DNA of 63,468 bases, filler included, from Octopus bimaculoides (Eukaryota), in assembly GCF_001194135.2 (NCBI RefSeq). It is 4 parts of 4 records of this genome, joined end to end, with 100 filler letters (N's around TTAATTAATTAA, not from the genome) between each part and the next. Parts side by side here need not be neighbours in the genome. Positions count along the whole stretch, not along the records: positions 49,013 to 63,468 come from NC_068999.1; 3 more parts are not named here. One strand, 5' to 3'. Of this stretch, positions 61,291 to 63,468 are shown piece after piece. Position 1 is the stretch's first letter. Every line of letters begins with the position of its first letter. The notes under the pieces were generated by a model that worked only from the letters and a program-made list of their open reading frames with translations, was not told where the DNA came from and did no database searches. Made by a program: the position numbers and the translations under genes.

Positions 61291-61670
61291 CAATCCTATC
61301 CTGAAATATCTCTACGCAAACAAACTCCAAAAGCAGAACAGCACGGCAGGCGCCATCATTATTTGAGTCGTCAACACCACCGCTTATAACAACCGACTCA
61401 CCAGTTCTGCTACTCTCACGACAACCCCATCACTATTCCAACCACCATCCCCACCTTCATCATCAATCTCTCTACCCGATGCTACTACCAGCGAGGTTTA
61501 CCCGAATTTATGCTCGTGTGCAATCAGTGTTCAAATTCATAATTAACAATCTCCGACTGTCACTCCATCTATCGGCTTAAGTTCACTTGGGTCAGGCAAC
61601 ATTTAACACAACACAGCACGCACTACTTTTCTCAGTTTCTTTCTCTTTCTCTCTCTCTCTCCCTCTCTCT

Positions 61671-61716
<46 letters not shown>

Positions 61717-62409
61717 AACTCACATACACATGCACATATACATACATACATACATACACATGTAGTACGAACGTGTACATCCAAACATTCGACCTTTCTC
61801 TATGTACGTAAGTAGAGGTAAACTGTTCTAAATGAATCCTGTTGAAAATGGGTTAACCCTTTCACCGATCTTCAGCTGACTGCTGGTGGCAGTGTCTACC
61901 GTCACCACCACCACCACCGGAAGCAATAGTGGTAGTACTAATGCGTATGATTGTTCCAACTTTAAATCTTTCAATGAGTTTCACTTCACAATTTCTCTCG
62001 AATAATAGTAGTGCAGTAGTAGTCGTAATTATTACATATTTTAGTAATAAATCTTGCTTAAGCGTGCGTGAATGTGCATATATATATATATATATATATA
62101 TANNNNNNNNNNNNNNNNNNNNNNNNNNNNNNNNNNNNNNNNNNNNNNNNNNNNNNNNNNNNNNNNNNNNNNNNNNNNNNNNNNNNNNNNNNNNNNNNNN
62201 NNNNNNNNNNNNNNNNNNNNNNNNNNNNNNNNNNNNNNNNNNNNNNNNNNNNNNNNNNNNNNNNNNNNNNNNNNNNNNNNNNNNNNNNNNNNNNNNNNNN
62301 NNNNNNNNNNNNNNNNNNNNNNNNNNNNNNNNNNNNNNNNNNNNNNNNNNNNNNNNNNNNNNNNNNNNNNNNNNNNNNNNNNNNNNNNNNNNNNNNNNNN
62401 NNNNNNNNA

Positions 62410-62581
62410 CAATTGTAGGATCGCTGTTTCGATTCCCAGACCGGGCGTTGTGAGTGTTTATTCAGCGAAAACACCTAAAGCTAATTCTCACCACAACTTT
62501 CTCTCACTCTTTCTTCGTGTTTCAGTTGTGCCTGTATTTCAAAGGGCCAGCCTTGTCACACTCTGTGTCACGCTGAATCTC
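62410..62581 (+). mobile_element. SINE family B (head B2), partial
   Basis: gtttcgattcccagaccgggcgttgtgagtgtttatt.agcgaaaacacctaaagc...caaagggccagccttgtcacactctgtgtcacgctgaat. Confidence 0.85.
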
Positions 62582-62769
62582 TTTTAAGCTAGCTCCTGTG
62601 GGTGGCGGGATCTTCGTTAAGCCTTCGGTCCAACAATAACACTTCATGCATTGAGTACATTAATTTACGAGATAAAGTAATTGGTTGATCGTAATCAAAA
62701 TTCAGAGTTGCATCGATACACCAAAATTGAAAGCAATCTGAGCAAAGAAAGTTGCCATCATGGTAATAT

Positions 62770-63468
62770 GCACATGGAATATTCCATCATTACTCATGTG
62801 GATTCCTATGTCACGCACTGATTCGAATCTGGGATTGCACTGCCCCCTGGTCTTATCTATTCCGACTGTAGCCTGTTCGTGGGCTGATAGCGAAGTGCTT
62901 GAAGTTTATCTGCATTGAGTTGCATGTTATTTTCATCAACCCGTTTGTATATTGCATGCAGGTCGTTTTGTAGTTTTACTATGACACCAGGGTCCTTGGC
63001 CGCCTGTGATACTTTTGAATCATCAGAGTGGCTGACTGTACGATTGAAGGTATGTCTGAGAGAGAGCCAACACAAACAGTAGTGGTCCTACTACAGTTCC
63101 TTGAGGATCGCCGCTGCGGATTGATGCCCCCCCCCCAGATAGAACACCATTGGTGCACCTGTCTGACTTGTCCTTTAAAAAGTTGTGCAGCCGCTCTCCC
63201 AGTTTTCCATTGATACCAAGCACATGTAGCTTGTGGCATATCATCCTGTGACCAACTTTGTCAAAGGCCCTGGCAAAGTCGAAATATATCAGATCCACAT
63301 TTGAGTGGTTGAGCTACTGTTTCAGTATTCAGTCGTTAATGTAGTAGCTGTGTGAAGCAGCTCCTCCCTGGGCGGAAACATGTTGTGCGTTTGTGAGCAA
63401 GTTATTCTCTTCCGGAAACATGATCAGTCTCCTTCTTAAAATGCGTTCCATGACCTTCCTAACATGCG
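62770..63468 (-). mobile_element. CR1/L2/Jockey-group LINE reverse transcriptase remnant, runs off window end
   Basis: DLIYFDFARAFDKVGH, SGDPQGTVVGPLLF, SDDSKV, LQNDL, NNMQLNADK. Confidence 0.9.

Noticed and set aside
62970-63050. Minus-strand CTGATGA near 63040 (and similar hits at about 13565, 19520, 37590)
   Set aside because: These are codons within retroelement ORFs (e.g. the RT SDD motif) with no helix II plus GAAA.

Overview
AT-rich, gapped eukaryotic genomic DNA dominated by microsatellites (AAT, GAT, CA, TA, AG, TAGA, ACAT) and decayed transposons. The repeat content suggests a cephalopod (Octopus-like) draft assembly; this is an inference from memory of those repeat families, not a database hit. 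I found no intact host gene and no intact transposon ORF; most long ORFs in the supplied track are N-gap or microsatellite artefacts. Recognisable content: about 20 tRNA-headed SINE copies in three modular families; one two-LTR Gypsy element (34157-38052) and a second Gypsy 3' end; two Tc1 elements with TIRs and TA TSDs; two Penelope-like RT remnants; four RLE-type (R4/Dong/NeSL-like) LINE pieces; L1/Tx1, RTE and CR1-like LINE pieces; two Helitron helicase remnants, one with its 3' hairpin and CTAG end; a Merlin transposase remnant; and four long inverted-repeat (foldback/MITE) elements. The most interesting signal is a set of minimal type I hammerhead-ribozyme motifs at 9161-9206, 43920-43967 and (decayed) 47529-47580. 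The first sits inside a short non-coding element headed by a tRNA-like Pol III promoter, i.e. a candidate ribozyme-bearing SINE that could be mobilised by Penelope-like elements. A few isolated exon-like segments are low-confidence host-gene candidates.
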